A stretch of DNA of 32,554 bases from Bacteroidales bacterium UBA4073 (GCA_002383425.1 DFYV01000029.1:1423-33976); one strand, 5' to 3'; positions 1 through 9,428 are shown, counted from the stretch's first letter. Made by a program: numbers and translations. Notes: generated by a model not told the origin, from the sequence alone.

Positions 1-10
1 CAACAATCTT

Positions 11-1321
11 TTGGTTGAACAACTAAGAGCCGAAATTCAGAATCTCAAAATCCAATGCAAGGAACTTCAAATCGAAAATGATGAGCAGGCGGATGTAATT
101 GCTAAAGCCCATTTAGAAATCCAACGACTCGAGGTTTCCGTTTTAAACGCCAAAATCAGGGCAGAGGAAGCTGATATGCTCAAGTCAAACTTCCTTGCCA
201 ACATGAGTCATGAAATTCGAACACCCATGAATGGGATTTTAGGTTTTGCTCAACTTCTTAAAAATGAAGAATCGCCTGATAAACGTGACAGGTATATTGA
301 TATTATTTACCATAATGGCATGATGCTCGTAAATCTTATTGATGACATCATCGATCTTTCTAAAATAGATGCCGGGCAGCTAAGCATAAATCCATCCGAG
401 TGTAACCTTGATAACCTGATGTTTGAGGTTTATACCCTTTTTAACGAAATTAAGTTTAAACAGGAAAAGGAGCACATAAATATCCGATTACTTAATCTTA
501 ACGACGACGAATCCAATATCCTTTATACCGATGCCCAGCGTTTGCGACAGGTTATGGTTAACCTGATTAGTAATTCCCTGAAATTTACCGAGAAAGGTTA
601 TGTTGAGTTTGGCTATCTTATCAATGAAGATAAAAGTAGTATCGAGTTTTTTGTAAGGGACACAGGCATTGGCATCCCCAACGATAAGCATGACATTATT
701 TTTGATCGGTTCCGACAGGTTCAGGAGGGTTCAACCCGTAAGTACGGAGGAACAGGTATCGGCCTCTATATCACCAAACATATAATTGAACTACTTGGCG
801 GTGACATCTGGTTTGAGTCGGTAGAGGGAAAGGGAACAACTTTTCATTTTTTCCTTCCTTACCATGAGTCAAAAAGTGCCGCCAATGGCTCTGTTATTTT
901 TAAAACCAAAAATCCCGAATATCGGTGGGAGGGTAAAACCATTCTAATTGCTGAAGATATTGAAACCAACTATAAGTACATTGCTACCATCCTTGCCGAT
1001 ACAAAAGCTAAGCTACTCTGGGCAAGAAACGGACAAGAAGCCATTAATTTAGTTATGGAAGGCATTCCACTTGACATTATTCTTATGGATATTCAAATGC
1101 CAGTTATTGATGGGTACGAAGCAACTTCCAGAATTAGAGAGAAATTCCCCGATTTACCTATTATAGCTCAAACCGCTTATGCCTTACCCCACGATAATCT
1201 GAAATGTTTTGAGGTGGGCTGCAACGATTATATCTCAAAGCCTATTAATGCCCATCTCCTAAAGAAAAAAATTGACGAATTGCTTAACGTTTACGTTAAA
1301 AACTCCTTACCACCTGTCTGA
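11..1321 (+). CDS. Hybrid sensor histidine kinase/response regulator (coiled coil-HisKA-HATPase-REC); may extend 5' beyond the window
   Basis: H-box FLANMSHEIRTPMN, N-box NLISNSLKFT, G1 DTGIGI, G2 GGTGIGL, C-terminal receiver (AEDI...DIILMDIQMP...KP). The frame is open back to the window edge. Confidence 0.92.
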   Translation: MVEQLRAEIQNLKIQCKELQIENDEQADVIAKAHLEIQRLEVSVLNAKIRAEEADMLKSNFLANMSHEIRTPMNGILGFAQLLKNEESPDKRDRYIDIIYHNGMMLVNLIDDIIDLSKIDAGQLSINPSECNLDNLMFEVYTLFNEIKFKQEKEHINIRLLNLNDDESNILYTDAQRLRQVMVNLISNSLKFTEKGYVEFGYLINEDKSSIEFFVRDTGIGIPNDKHDIIFDRFRQVQEGSTRKYGGTGIGLYITKHIIELLGGDIWFESVEGKGTTFHFFLPYHESKSAANGSVIFKTKNPEYRWEGKTILIAEDIETNYKYIATILADTKAKLLWARNGQEAINLVMEGIPLDIILMDIQMPVIDGYEATSRIREKFPDLPIIAQTAYALPHDNLKCFEVGCNDYISKPINAHLLKKKIDELLNVYVKNSLPPV

Positions 1322-2120
1322 TTTTAACAAGACGTTCAAGTAAACCTTCCAAATGTTTAATATCTAACATGTTGGCACCATCCGAAAGAGCTTCGGCTGG
1401 ATTGAAGTGCGTTTCCATGAAAAGCCCATCGGCACCGGTTGCAATTGCAGCACGCGCAATGGTTTCTATCATATCGGGCCTACCTCCGGTTACCCCTTCG
1501 GCTTGGTTTGGTTGCTGAAGCGAGTGGGTAACATCAACCACTACAGGAAAACCAAATGCTTTCATCGTGGGTATAGCCCTGAAATCAACAACCAAATCAT
1601 GGTAGCCAAACATTGTTCCCCTGTCAGTCAATATTACATTAGAATTACCTGAATCAACCACCTTTTGAGCGGCGAATTTCATGGAATCGGGCGAAACAAA
1701 TTGTCCCTTTTTGATATTCACAAACTTTCCTGTCCGAGCTGCTGCTATAAGCAAATCGGTTTGCCTGCAAAGGAATGCTGGTATTTGCAGTACGTCAACA
1801 TACTCCGCGGCTATATCTGCTTCGGGTGCACTATGGATATCGGTAACTATGGGTATTCCAAACCGTTCCCTGACCTCACCTAAAATCTTCAAGGCCTTAT
1901 CATCACCAATGCCCGAAAATGAATCGATCCTTGACCGATTGGCTTTTCGGTACGAGGCTTTGAATATGTATGGTATTTTTAGTTTTTCGGTTATGTTGGC
2001 TACGGTTTCTGCTATCCGCATTACGTTATCCCTACTCTCAACAACACATGGGCCAGCCATAAGGAAAAAATTTCCCGATCCGACGTGCTTAATCCCTTTA
2101 ATCTTAGCTATTGTATTCAT
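1296..2120 (-). CDS. kdsA: 3-deoxy-8-phosphooctulonate (KDO8P) synthase
   Basis: AGPCVVES, KASYRKANRS, QIPAFLCRQTDL, NIKKGQF, DVTHSLQQP and ETH...ALSDG motifs. Confidence 0.96.
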   Translation of the reverse strand: MNTIAKIKGIKHVGSGNFFLMAGPCVVESRDNVMRIAETVANITEKLKIPYIFKASYRKANRSRIDSFSGIGDDKALKILGEVRERFGIPIVTDIHSAPEADIAAEYVDVLQIPAFLCRQTDLLIAAARTGKFVNIKKGQFVSPDSMKFAAQKVVDSGNSNVILTDRGTMFGYHDLVVDFRAIPTMKAFGFPVVVDVTHSLQQPNQAEGVTGGRPDMIETIARAAIATGADGLFMETHFNPAEALSDGANMLDIKHLEGLLERLVKIRQVVRSF

Positions 2121-2292
2121 GAGTTCAGTCTAAAAAGTTCATAAAGTTCATAAAGTTCATAAAAATTGTAAAGTTAAAGTACTGAATATAAGAGATTGAT
2201 GTAAATTTTTAAAATATTTATTAATATCCCGATAATTAATTAGTTAGTTAATATGTTTTACTAAAATAAAACATGCTTTTTATACCGGCCTC
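2121..2292. mobile_element. MITE copy A (172 bp), non-autonomous
   Basis: Ends GAGTTCAGTCTAAAAAG / CTTTTTATACCGGCCTC, flanked by ATTCAT at 2115-2120 and 2293-2298. Near-identical inverted copy at 9084-9233. Contains (AAAGTTCAT)x3. Confidence 0.88.
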
Positions 2293-2310
2293 ATTCATAT
2301 TTAAAGTAGT

Positions 2311-3591
2311 TTACTTGTTATACTTACTTTTCCAAAGCAATTTAATTCTGGCAGCAATTTCCTGCTCCCGGCTATTGTTCTGTGGGGTATAAATTGTTGT
2401 TCCGGTGATTTTATCAGGTAAAAATTCCTGCTCCACAAAGTTTCCCTGATAGCTGTGGGCATACTTATAATCAACCCCATAACCAATATTTTTCATCAGC
2501 TTGGTAGGTGCATTCCTCAGATGGAGCGGTACAGGCAAATCACCTGTCTCTTTGACAATTTCCTGAGCTTTGCCTATTGCTTCATAGGCTGAGTTACTCT
2601 TGGGGCTTGTGGCAAGATAAATGGTTGTCTCTGATAGAATAATTCTCGATTCAGGCATACCAACCAGGTGAACTGCCTGAAAGCAACTGGTTGCCATAAG
2701 AAAGGCATTGGGGTTTGCCAAGCCTATATCTTCCGAAGCCAGAATTACCAACCTGCGGGCAATAAACTCGGGATCTTCCCCTCCTTCAATCATTCTTGCA
2801 AGCCAGTACACCGCTGCGTTGGGATCGCTCCCCCTGACCGACTTTATAAAGGCGGATATCATGTCGTAGTGCTGCTCTCCATTCTTATCGTATAGGGCTA
2901 AATTCTGTTGCAGCACATCTACAACCGCCTTGTTGGTTATAAGAACCTGGTTATTGATGCCTTGTGTTGAAACCAATAGCTCTACAATGTTGTAAAGTTT
3001 ACGGGCATCGCCTCCCGAAAACCGGAAAAGCGCATCCTTTTCCTTAAGCTCAAACTGGTACCCTTTAAGTTCAAGGTCGGTGGTTGTTGCCCTAACAAAA
3101 AGCAGTTCGAGCTCTTCATTGGACAGCGGTTTAAGTATGTAAACCTGGCATCGCGAAAGCAATGGGGTAATCACCTCGAATGATGGATTTTCGGTTGTGG
3201 CCCCAATTAGGGTAAAAACTCCCTGCTCTACCGCGCCAAGAAGTGAATCTTGTTGCGATTTACTGAATCGGTGTATCTCATCAATGAATAGTATTGGTGA
3301 TGGAGCGTTGAAAAATTTCTGCGATTTAGCTTTTTCAATAACCTCTCGCACATCCTTCACTCCTGAGCTAATAGCGCTCAAGGTGTAAAAAGGGCGGCTG
3401 AGCTCATTGGCTATAACCCTTGCCAGGGTAGTCTTGCCTACTCCCGGAGGTCCCCAGAGTATCATTGATGTTAATGTACCACGGCTTAACATTTCCCGAA
3501 TAACCCCCTTGCTCCCTACTAGATGCTCCTGACCAACATAATCATTCAGATTATGCGGTCGCATCCGTTCCGCTAGTGGTATATTCGACAT
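2311..3591 (-). CDS. rarA: Replication-associated recombination protein A (MgsA/RarA AAA+ ATPase)
   Basis: PLAERMRP, Walker A GPPGVGKTT, FIDEIHRF, GATTENPSF, SAFIKSVRGSD, ASEDIG, VPLHLRNAPT. Confidence 0.96.
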   Translation of the reverse strand: MSNIPLAERMRPHNLNDYVGQEHLVGSKGVIREMLSRGTLTSMILWGPPGVGKTTLARVIANELSRPFYTLSAISSGVKDVREVIEKAKSQKFFNAPSPILFIDEIHRFSKSQQDSLLGAVEQGVFTLIGATTENPSFEVITPLLSRCQVYILKPLSNEELELLFVRATTTDLELKGYQFELKEKDALFRFSGGDARKLYNIVELLVSTQGINNQVLITNKAVVDVLQQNLALYDKNGEQHYDMISAFIKSVRGSDPNAAVYWLARMIEGGEDPEFIARRLVILASEDIGLANPNAFLMATSCFQAVHLVGMPESRIILSETTIYLATSPKSNSAYEAIGKAQEIVKETGDLPVPLHLRNAPTKLMKNIGYGVDYKYAHSYQGNFVEQEFLPDKITGTTIYTPQNNSREQEIAARIKLLWKSKYNK

Positions 3592-3607
3592 AAATATTTT
3601 ATTTTTA

Positions 3608-3615
3608 CAAAATTA
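3608..3615 (-). promoter_or_regulatory. Putative Bacteroidota -7 promoter element for rarA
   Basis: TAATTTTG on the minus strand just upstream of the ATG matches TAnnTTTG. Confidence 0.5.
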
Positions 3616-3714
3616 GATTAAAACACTTAGCCATTTCTATTTTTTTAAATAAATATTGACTTTGAACTCAATTTATGCTTAATTTGTTTTAAAATAAACC
3701 AACAAATAACAACT

Positions 3715-4677
3715 ATGAAACTTCTAAAACAATTATTTATCCTGCTTTTCATTTTCTCCGCAGGAATTCTTAGAGCACAGGAGGACGTTGTAGTTTTTCT
3801 TACAGGAAGCCTTAGCGACGCCCAAAAACTAAGCCAGGCATACCTTGAACCTTTCGGCAAAAGTTTGGGGACTAGCCTAAACTCTGGATGGTACAACGTA
3901 GCAAAACCACATGGTATTTTAGGATTCGATATCACTTTCACTGTCCCGGTTACCATACCCGCCAGTTCCGATAAATCGTTCGACGTGTCAAAGCTGAGCC
4001 TGGATTACTGGGATGTTAAAAGCGGCTCCAATCCAACAACCCCAACAGTAATTGGAAATAGCTCAAACACCACTTTGAACGATAAAAATACAGGAACAAT
4101 TGAATTGAACATGCCCAATGGGGCAGACTTAAAGTTTATCCCTGCTCCCATGATTCAGATTTCGAAAGGATTACCTTTAAATACCGAAATTATTGGCCGA
4201 TTCTTCCCCACTGTAAATATTTCTGGGGTAGGTGATTTTGGAATGTGGGGAGTTGGTGTAAAAAATGAATTTAAAGAGTTTATCCCTTTCCTTAAAAGTT
4301 TACCTTTTAGTATGTCTCTCCTTTTTGGTTACACTCAGCTTAAATCAACATTCGATATAAATGAACCTCAAAAGCAACATTTAGACTTCAAATCGTCGGG
4401 TTATACAGCAAGGTTACTGGTTTCAAAATCAATTCCTGTACTTACAGTTTATGGTGGCGTTGGCTATAACCATTCCACAACCGATATTGCCCTGAAAGGA
4501 ACCTACAGTTTCGATGGGGTAGATGTAACCGATCCAGTAGCATTTGATTTTGCCAACAACGGGTTTACAGCTAACCTTGGGCTAAGATTTAAGCTGTCGA
4601 TACTTGCTTTCCATTTTGATTATTCTTTTGGAGATTATGGTATTATCAATGCTGGTGCTGGTATAACATTTAAGTAA
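3715..4677 (+). CDS. Outer-membrane beta-barrel-like protein of unknown function (DUF6588-like)
   Basis: Signal peptide, YLEPFGKSLGTSLNSGWYN motif, alternating beta-strand pattern, C-terminal GAGITFK. Family assignment is from recall. Confidence 0.65.
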   Translation: MKLLKQLFILLFIFSAGILRAQEDVVVFLTGSLSDAQKLSQAYLEPFGKSLGTSLNSGWYNVAKPHGILGFDITFTVPVTIPASSDKSFDVSKLSLDYWDVKSGSNPTTPTVIGNSSNTTLNDKNTGTIELNMPNGADLKFIPAPMIQISKGLPLNTEIIGRFFPTVNISGVGDFGMWGVGVKNEFKEFIPFLKSLPFSMSLLFGYTQLKSTFDINEPQKQHLDFKSSGYTARLLVSKSIPVLTVYGGVGYNHSTTDIALKGTYSFDGVDVTDPVAFDFANNGFTANLGLRFKLSILAFHFDYSFGDYGIINAGAGITFK

Positions 4678-4691
4678 AGAATTACACATAA

Positions 4692-4715
4692 AAAAGGCCG
4701 GAAAACCGGCCTTTT
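4692..4715. terminator. Bidirectional intrinsic terminator
   Basis: AAAAGGCCGG-AAAA-CCGGCCTTTT between convergent genes. Confidence 0.85.
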
Positions 4716-7041
4716 ATTTATGTTTTGCTTTTGGTTCATCTTTTTCCGAAATGAAATCGGTTATGTTATGGGCTATTTTTAAAATTTTAGCAATCTTTCG
4801 GTTTTCATCCATAATGGGTGAGTATGTTTCAAGAAAGGTATAGGTTTTACCATTAATTGTCACTTTAGATGTTTCCTTTTTAATTATGCCGTTGCGTAAA
4901 TCCTGCCAGAACTTCTGGTATGCGCTTTTCTGCGCAGGGGTTATTTCCATATTATCGGAATGGTGGGTTCCTAAAATATCTTTTTCGGTTTGACCGGTCA
5001 GGTTAAGGTACGCATCGTTAACACTAATAATATAGCCGTTTAAATCATACTCTATAACATAGCTCGATGAATTTAAAGCATTAATCAGGCCTTCCATTTC
5101 AACCGACTTCCGGGCCGATTCTTCCTGGGTTGCCTGTAATTCTTCCATATTCTGGCGCATTTCTTCTTCCTGTGAGGCAAGCTCTTCGGATTTAATCTTC
5201 GACTCTTCAAGTAACTTTGCTGTTCTAATATTTATCTTAATACTTGATATGGTTGCAGCAAAACTTTCACCTATCTTTTCAACAAATCGTATCTTGTGTT
5301 CCTCAATAGGCTCGAACGAGGCTATTTCTATAACCCCATGAACTTCATCGTTAATTTTCATAGGAACCAGAAGCAGAACGGAAGGCTCATCATCTCCAAG
5401 ACCCGATGCAATTCTTATGTAACCTTTGGGTAATTCAGTCATGTAAATGGTTTCAGCTTCCTGTGCACAGCGTCCAACAAGCCCTTCTCCCAGCTGGATA
5501 ACCTTTTCCTCGTACTTCCTACGCTCATAGGCATAGGTTGCCATTAGTTCAAGGTATATTTCATTGGGATTATCATTGTTTACCATAAAAACAGCGCCTA
5601 TGGTGGCATCAATATACTTTGTCAGGTTGAGTATGGTTTCGTAGGCAAAATCATTCAGGTTACTGGTATTATGCCTCAGGATTTCGGCAAATTTTGCAAT
5701 TCCTTCATTGTACCACTTAGCCTTGTTTTCTTCCGCTTTCCTTTCCTCGTCAATCCTTTTGGCGTGCTCTAAACTTTTCCGCATTTCCAGTAAAGCATCA
5801 CCTAACACATCTTCGTCCGATAGCTTTGAGTAGGTGGTTTGCAAATTGCCCTTACCAATTTCTTTGGCAAATTGTGATGTCTTATATAAGCTATCAATCA
5901 GAATATTTATTGATGTTGCAATGTCTTGTATCTCATCGCCAGTATTTATAGCTATTTTCTTTGTGGGATCAATTTTACCCAACGAAAGTTCTCCCAAAAC
6001 CCTTGTTGCTCTTACTAACGGACTTGTCATGCTATATGCAATAAACCAGATAACCAAAGCAAGCACTATCAACCCTATAATTATTACAACTCTTAGCTGA
6101 CCAGTAATAGATTCAATTTCCGAATTAATAATAGTTATAGGGACAAATATTCCAAGCCCCCATTTTTCAATGGACTTTCCACCAGTAATTGAGCTGAAAG
6201 CAACATAGTATTCTCCCTCTTCAAATGTAATTGTTCCAGAGTATTTACCAGTGGTTGCCATACTATTAAGAATCTGCTTGCCGTTAACCAGAACGGTGTC
6301 AGCTAAAGCACCAAGTAGGGTGGAATCGGGATGGGCCACAATGGTGCCATTGTCTGATATCAGTATCGAGTAACTACCTTCGTAGGGTTTGATCTTCTTT
6401 ATCATTTCCTGATAAACCGAAAGTTCAATATCAAAACCAAATAGCGCGGCAAAATTGTTATTAATGACAAGCGGAACGCATACGCTTGTTTCTAAAACTC
6501 TTTTTTGGCTTCCGGCATATGTGTACCAGTAGGGGTCAAGTAAGGCTTCGCTTTTATTCATTTTAATTTTAAAGTAAAGACTGCTGGTATCATCACCCGA
6601 TTCGTTCAACCGTTCAACCAGCTGTTTTAGCTCGTTGTTATCCCTAAAAAATGTATGTCTTTCTCTGCCATAGGGTTTATCCCACTGCCTATCAATGGCC
6701 CATAACTCCCAGCTCGCCCAAACAGAAAGAATATCGGGTTCATTTTCGGATAAACTCTTTATTAATCGCACAGTATTGGTTTTTATATCATCGGAGTTTC
6801 GTTGTTCAATATCATAAAAACTATATGCCATGGTTCGGGCAAGGGCAAATTGTTCATCGAATTCACCCTCAATTTGATTGGTATATGCCTCAGTGGTCAT
6901 ATCGATATACTCATGAATATTTGAGCGGGTAAATTGGTCAACCCTTTTATTCAAAAATGTAATACTTGCCCAAAATACTAATGCTGTTAACGTTAGCACT
7001 GCAGCAACTAACTTAACTCTAATCGGAAATTTAAATTTCAT
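4714..7041 (-). CDS. Membrane sensor protein: TM-dCache-TM-HAMP-GAF-coiled coil-PAS, no recognisable output domain
   Basis: Two hydrophobic segments, Cache-like DPYWY...SVCVPL...GFDI, HAMP (PL...GDEIQDIATSIN), GAF (GEGLVGRCAQE...LLLVPM...GVIEIASF), C-terminal PAS (IEYDLNGYIISVNDAYL). Confidence 0.8.
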   Translation of the reverse strand: MKFKFPIRVKLVAAVLTLTALVFWASITFLNKRVDQFTRSNIHEYIDMTTEAYTNQIEGEFDEQFALARTMAYSFYDIEQRNSDDIKTNTVRLIKSLSENEPDILSVWASWELWAIDRQWDKPYGRERHTFFRDNNELKQLVERLNESGDDTSSLYFKIKMNKSEALLDPYWYTYAGSQKRVLETSVCVPLVINNNFAALFGFDIELSVYQEMIKKIKPYEGSYSILISDNGTIVAHPDSTLLGALADTVLVNGKQILNSMATTGKYSGTITFEEGEYYVAFSSITGGKSIEKWGLGIFVPITIINSEIESITGQLRVVIIIGLIVLALVIWFIAYSMTSPLVRATRVLGELSLGKIDPTKKIAINTGDEIQDIATSINILIDSLYKTSQFAKEIGKGNLQTTYSKLSDEDVLGDALLEMRKSLEHAKRIDEERKAEENKAKWYNEGIAKFAEILRHNTSNLNDFAYETILNLTKYIDATIGAVFMVNNDNPNEIYLELMATYAYERRKYEEKVIQLGEGLVGRCAQEAETIYMTELPKGYIRIASGLGDDEPSVLLLVPMKINDEVHGVIEIASFEPIEEHKIRFVEKIGESFAATISSIKINIRTAKLLEESKIKSEELASQEEEMRQNMEELQATQEESARKSVEMEGLINALNSSSYVIEYDLNGYIISVNDAYLNLTGQTEKDILGTHHSDNMEITPAQKSAYQKFWQDLRNGIIKKETSKVTINGKTYTFLETYSPIMDENRKIAKILKIAHNITDFISEKDEPKAKHK

Positions 7042-7179
7042 TTGACAATGATTTTAAGAATATAAAACAACCATTCTATTAAGGCGTGAATATAATACTT
7101 TTGAAATAAATAAGCAATGATGAAGCAAATTACTAACCCTACGAAGATAAAAACCAGCGGGTATAATCTCAAAATTTAT

Positions 7180-7187
7180 TACATTTG
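7180..7187 (+). promoter_or_regulatory. Putative -7 promoter element for fabG
   Basis: TACATTTG matches TAnnTTTG, 30 bp upstream of ATG 7218. Confidence 0.5.
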
Positions 7188-7217
7188 TATTTTGAAAATC
7201 ATTCAAAAATTCTACCT

Positions 7218-7964
7218 ATGAAGTTACTTGAAGGAAAAACTGGCTTGGTAACCGGCGCTGCACGTGGTATAGGTCGAGCCATTGTCATTGCTTTTGCCCG
7301 CCAAGGGGCTAATATTGCATTTACTGATATTGCCTATGATGATAGTATGAAATCGCTTGAGCGTGAGCTTTCCGAAATAGGCGTAAAAGCCAAGGGATAT
7401 GCTTCCGATGCCAGCGATTTTGAAAACACACAAAAGGTAGTCGATGAAATTGCCAGGGATTTTGGACAAATCGATATTCTGGTTAACAATGCAGGTATAA
7501 CACGCGATACCTTACTTATGCGAATGACAGAGGAGCAATGGGATTTGGTAATCAAGGTTAACCTCAAATCGGTTTTCAACCTCACCAAAGCCGTTCAAAA
7601 ATATATGCTTAAGCAGAAAAGCGGTTCAATAATCAATATGAGCTCAGTGGTAGGAGTTTCGGGGAATGCCGGACAAGCAAACTATGCTGCTTCTAAGGCT
7701 GGCATTATTGGTTTTACTAAAGCTGTAGCCCGCGAATTAGGTTCACGCAATATCCGCTGCAATGCCATAGCTCCTGGATTTATTATCACCGAAATGACCC
7801 ATAAACTTCCCGATGAAGTGCGTGAGGAGTGGATTAAAAAAATCCCCTTGCAGCGCGGTGGAACACCTGAGGATGTGGCAAACGTATGTATATTCCTCGG
7901 TTCCGACTTATCGTCGTACGTTAGCGGTCAGGTGATCAACGTTTGCGGTGCAATGAATACCTAA
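7218..7964 (+). CDS. fabG: 3-oxoacyl-ACP reductase
   Basis: TGAARGIG, NNAGITRD, NMSSVVG, NYAASKAG, NAIAPGFI. ATG 7218 preferred over TTG 7185. Confidence 0.95.
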   Translation: MKLLEGKTGLVTGAARGIGRAIVIAFARQGANIAFTDIAYDDSMKSLERELSEIGVKAKGYASDASDFENTQKVVDEIARDFGQIDILVNNAGITRDTLLMRMTEEQWDLVIKVNLKSVFNLTKAVQKYMLKQKSGSIINMSSVVGVSGNAGQANYAASKAGIIGFTKAVARELGSRNIRCNAIAPGFIITEMTHKLPDEVREEWIKKIPLQRGGTPEDVANVCIFLGSDLSSYVSGQVINVCGAMNT

Positions 7965-8062
7965 CCTTAACTTTGTGTTTAAAAAAATCAAGTGGAAAAC
8001 AGGCCTGGTAGGATTCAGAACAACTTGTTTTCAACCTTTCTCTATCTAAAACTCATTCCTGT

Positions 8063-9055
8063 ATGTGGGGGAAAAATATTAAACTATTACTCTTACTAAT
8101 ACTTTTTAACTCCTGTATATCATATAAATATATTGATATTGAATTTTTTGATCCCCCACAAAAACAGCTTGCCATTCAGGGCGATAAAGTGCTTGTTTTA
8201 GAGAATTTCCACCTCCGGGATACCAGTACTCCTGTTCGCAAGCTGGATTGGACATTAGATAGCATTGCATCCAACGAGGCAGTCGATGCCCTTTTATCCC
8301 TTTTAGAGACATCCCCATGGTTTTCGGGGTTAAGTTTTACTAAACAGGTGGTAAACCGTAACGATACCTCAAAGGTTATTTTACCCCTCACCTGGCAAAA
8401 CTTAGATAGCCTGAACAGTAAATACGGAAGCGAGGTAATTATTTCGCTCGAGTACCTGAAGGTACGTCCTTATCAAGATTCTTACTCCTACTGGCAAGGC
8501 CAATTCAAGGAGTTTTATGGGTATATCCAGGTTTCAACTTATGCCTACTGGCGGATATATAATGTTGGAACAAAAACGATTGAGCTGGGACACCTGCAAA
8601 CCGATACGCTTATGTGGGAAAATACCGATTGGATCGATGTTTTGCCCGGTAACCAGCTGCCAGGTGTATTTGAGGCATGCGCTTTTGCCGGTGCCGACGC
8701 CGGCGAACAATTCGCTAACCTTATTGCCCCCCAGTGGCAAAGCGACAGCCGTACAATTTTTGTCCCTAATACCAACGCAGGAATGAAAAAGGCTTACCAA
8801 CTGGCTATGCTTGGAAATTGGCTGGATGCTGCATCAATCTGGCAAAAGCTATCCTCTGCATCCGACAAAAGGTTAGCGGCTAAGGCTGCATTTAACATGG
8901 CATTAGCCAACGAAATGATGGGTAAGTTCGATGTAGCTATCGAATGGCTTAACATTGCCAAATCCAAATACCCCCAGCTAAAATTTCTAAATGATTACGG
9001 GCAGGTTTTGCAGTACCGATTCGATAGTAATCAATCGTTACTTAGCAAACCCTAA
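8063..9055 (+). CDS. Putative lipoprotein with C-terminal TPR-like helices (DUF6340-like)
   Basis: Lipobox-like LFNSC, WRIYN motif, C-terminal AAFNMALANEMMGKFDVAIEW TPR-like segment. Confidence 0.65.
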   Translation: MWGKNIKLLLLLILFNSCISYKYIDIEFFDPPQKQLAIQGDKVLVLENFHLRDTSTPVRKLDWTLDSIASNEAVDALLSLLETSPWFSGLSFTKQVVNRNDTSKVILPLTWQNLDSLNSKYGSEVIISLEYLKVRPYQDSYSYWQGQFKEFYGYIQVSTYAYWRIYNVGTKTIELGHLQTDTLMWENTDWIDVLPGNQLPGVFEACAFAGADAGEQFANLIAPQWQSDSRTIFVPNTNAGMKKAYQLAMLGNWLDAASIWQKLSSASDKRLAAKAAFNMALANEMMGKFDVAIEWLNIAKSKYPQLKFLNDYGQVLQYRFDSNQSLLSKP

Positions 9056-9083
9056 AGGTTAATTATATACAAGTACTATCTAT

Positions 9084-9233
9084 GAGTCCGGTATAAAAAG
9101 CATGTTTTATTTTAGCAAAACAAGTTAATTATTTAATTATCAGGATATTAATAAATATTTTAAAAATTTACATCAATCTCTTATATTCAGTACTTTAACT
9201 TTACAAACTTTATGAACTTTTTAGACTGAACTC
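9084..9233. mobile_element. MITE copy B (150 bp), inverted near-copy of 2121-2292
   Basis: Ends GAGTCCGGTATAAAAAG / CTTTTTAGACTGAACTC, flanked by ATCTAT at 9078-9083 and 9234-9239. Confidence 0.88.
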
Positions 9234-9335
9234 ATCTATACATTTCATAATCTGTTTGATATAATAAACTAATGTTTCGCACTTAATTCTCATGGATTAA
9301 GATGTTAAAATACAAACACTTACAATCATAGTGGT

Positions 9336-9428
9336 CTTTGTGAATCCCTTTGAGACCTTTGTGTTAAAAAATCTAAATCGCTTAGTATAACCACAAAAAA
9401 CACGAAGTAAGCACAAAGTTTCACAAAG
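9336..9428. repeat. Inverted array of CTTTG(T/A)G and CACAAAG-like units
   Basis: Three CTTTGTG-like units (9336-9363) followed by four CACAAAG-like units (9392-9428). Confidence 0.6.

Noticed and set aside
1296-1321. 26-bp convergent overlap of the kinase gene and kdsA
   Set aside because: Short tail-to-tail overlaps are common and nothing indicates a function.
1407-2133. Short alternative-frame ORFs within kdsA and other well-supported genes
   Set aside because: They overlap confident genes and show no motifs; treated as noise throughout the window.
7185-7217. TTG starts in the ORF track for fabG (7185), rpmG (12506) and thiL (30848)
   Set aside because: Downstream ATGs match the family N-termini. 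The fabG and thiL TTGs fall inside TAnnTTTG promoter-like motifs, and the rpmG one lies inside rpmB.
9067-9077. ATACAAGTACT shared upstream of MITEs at 9067 and 24456
   Set aside because: Only 11 bp in AT-rich DNA, at different distances from the element ends, and absent from the other copies.
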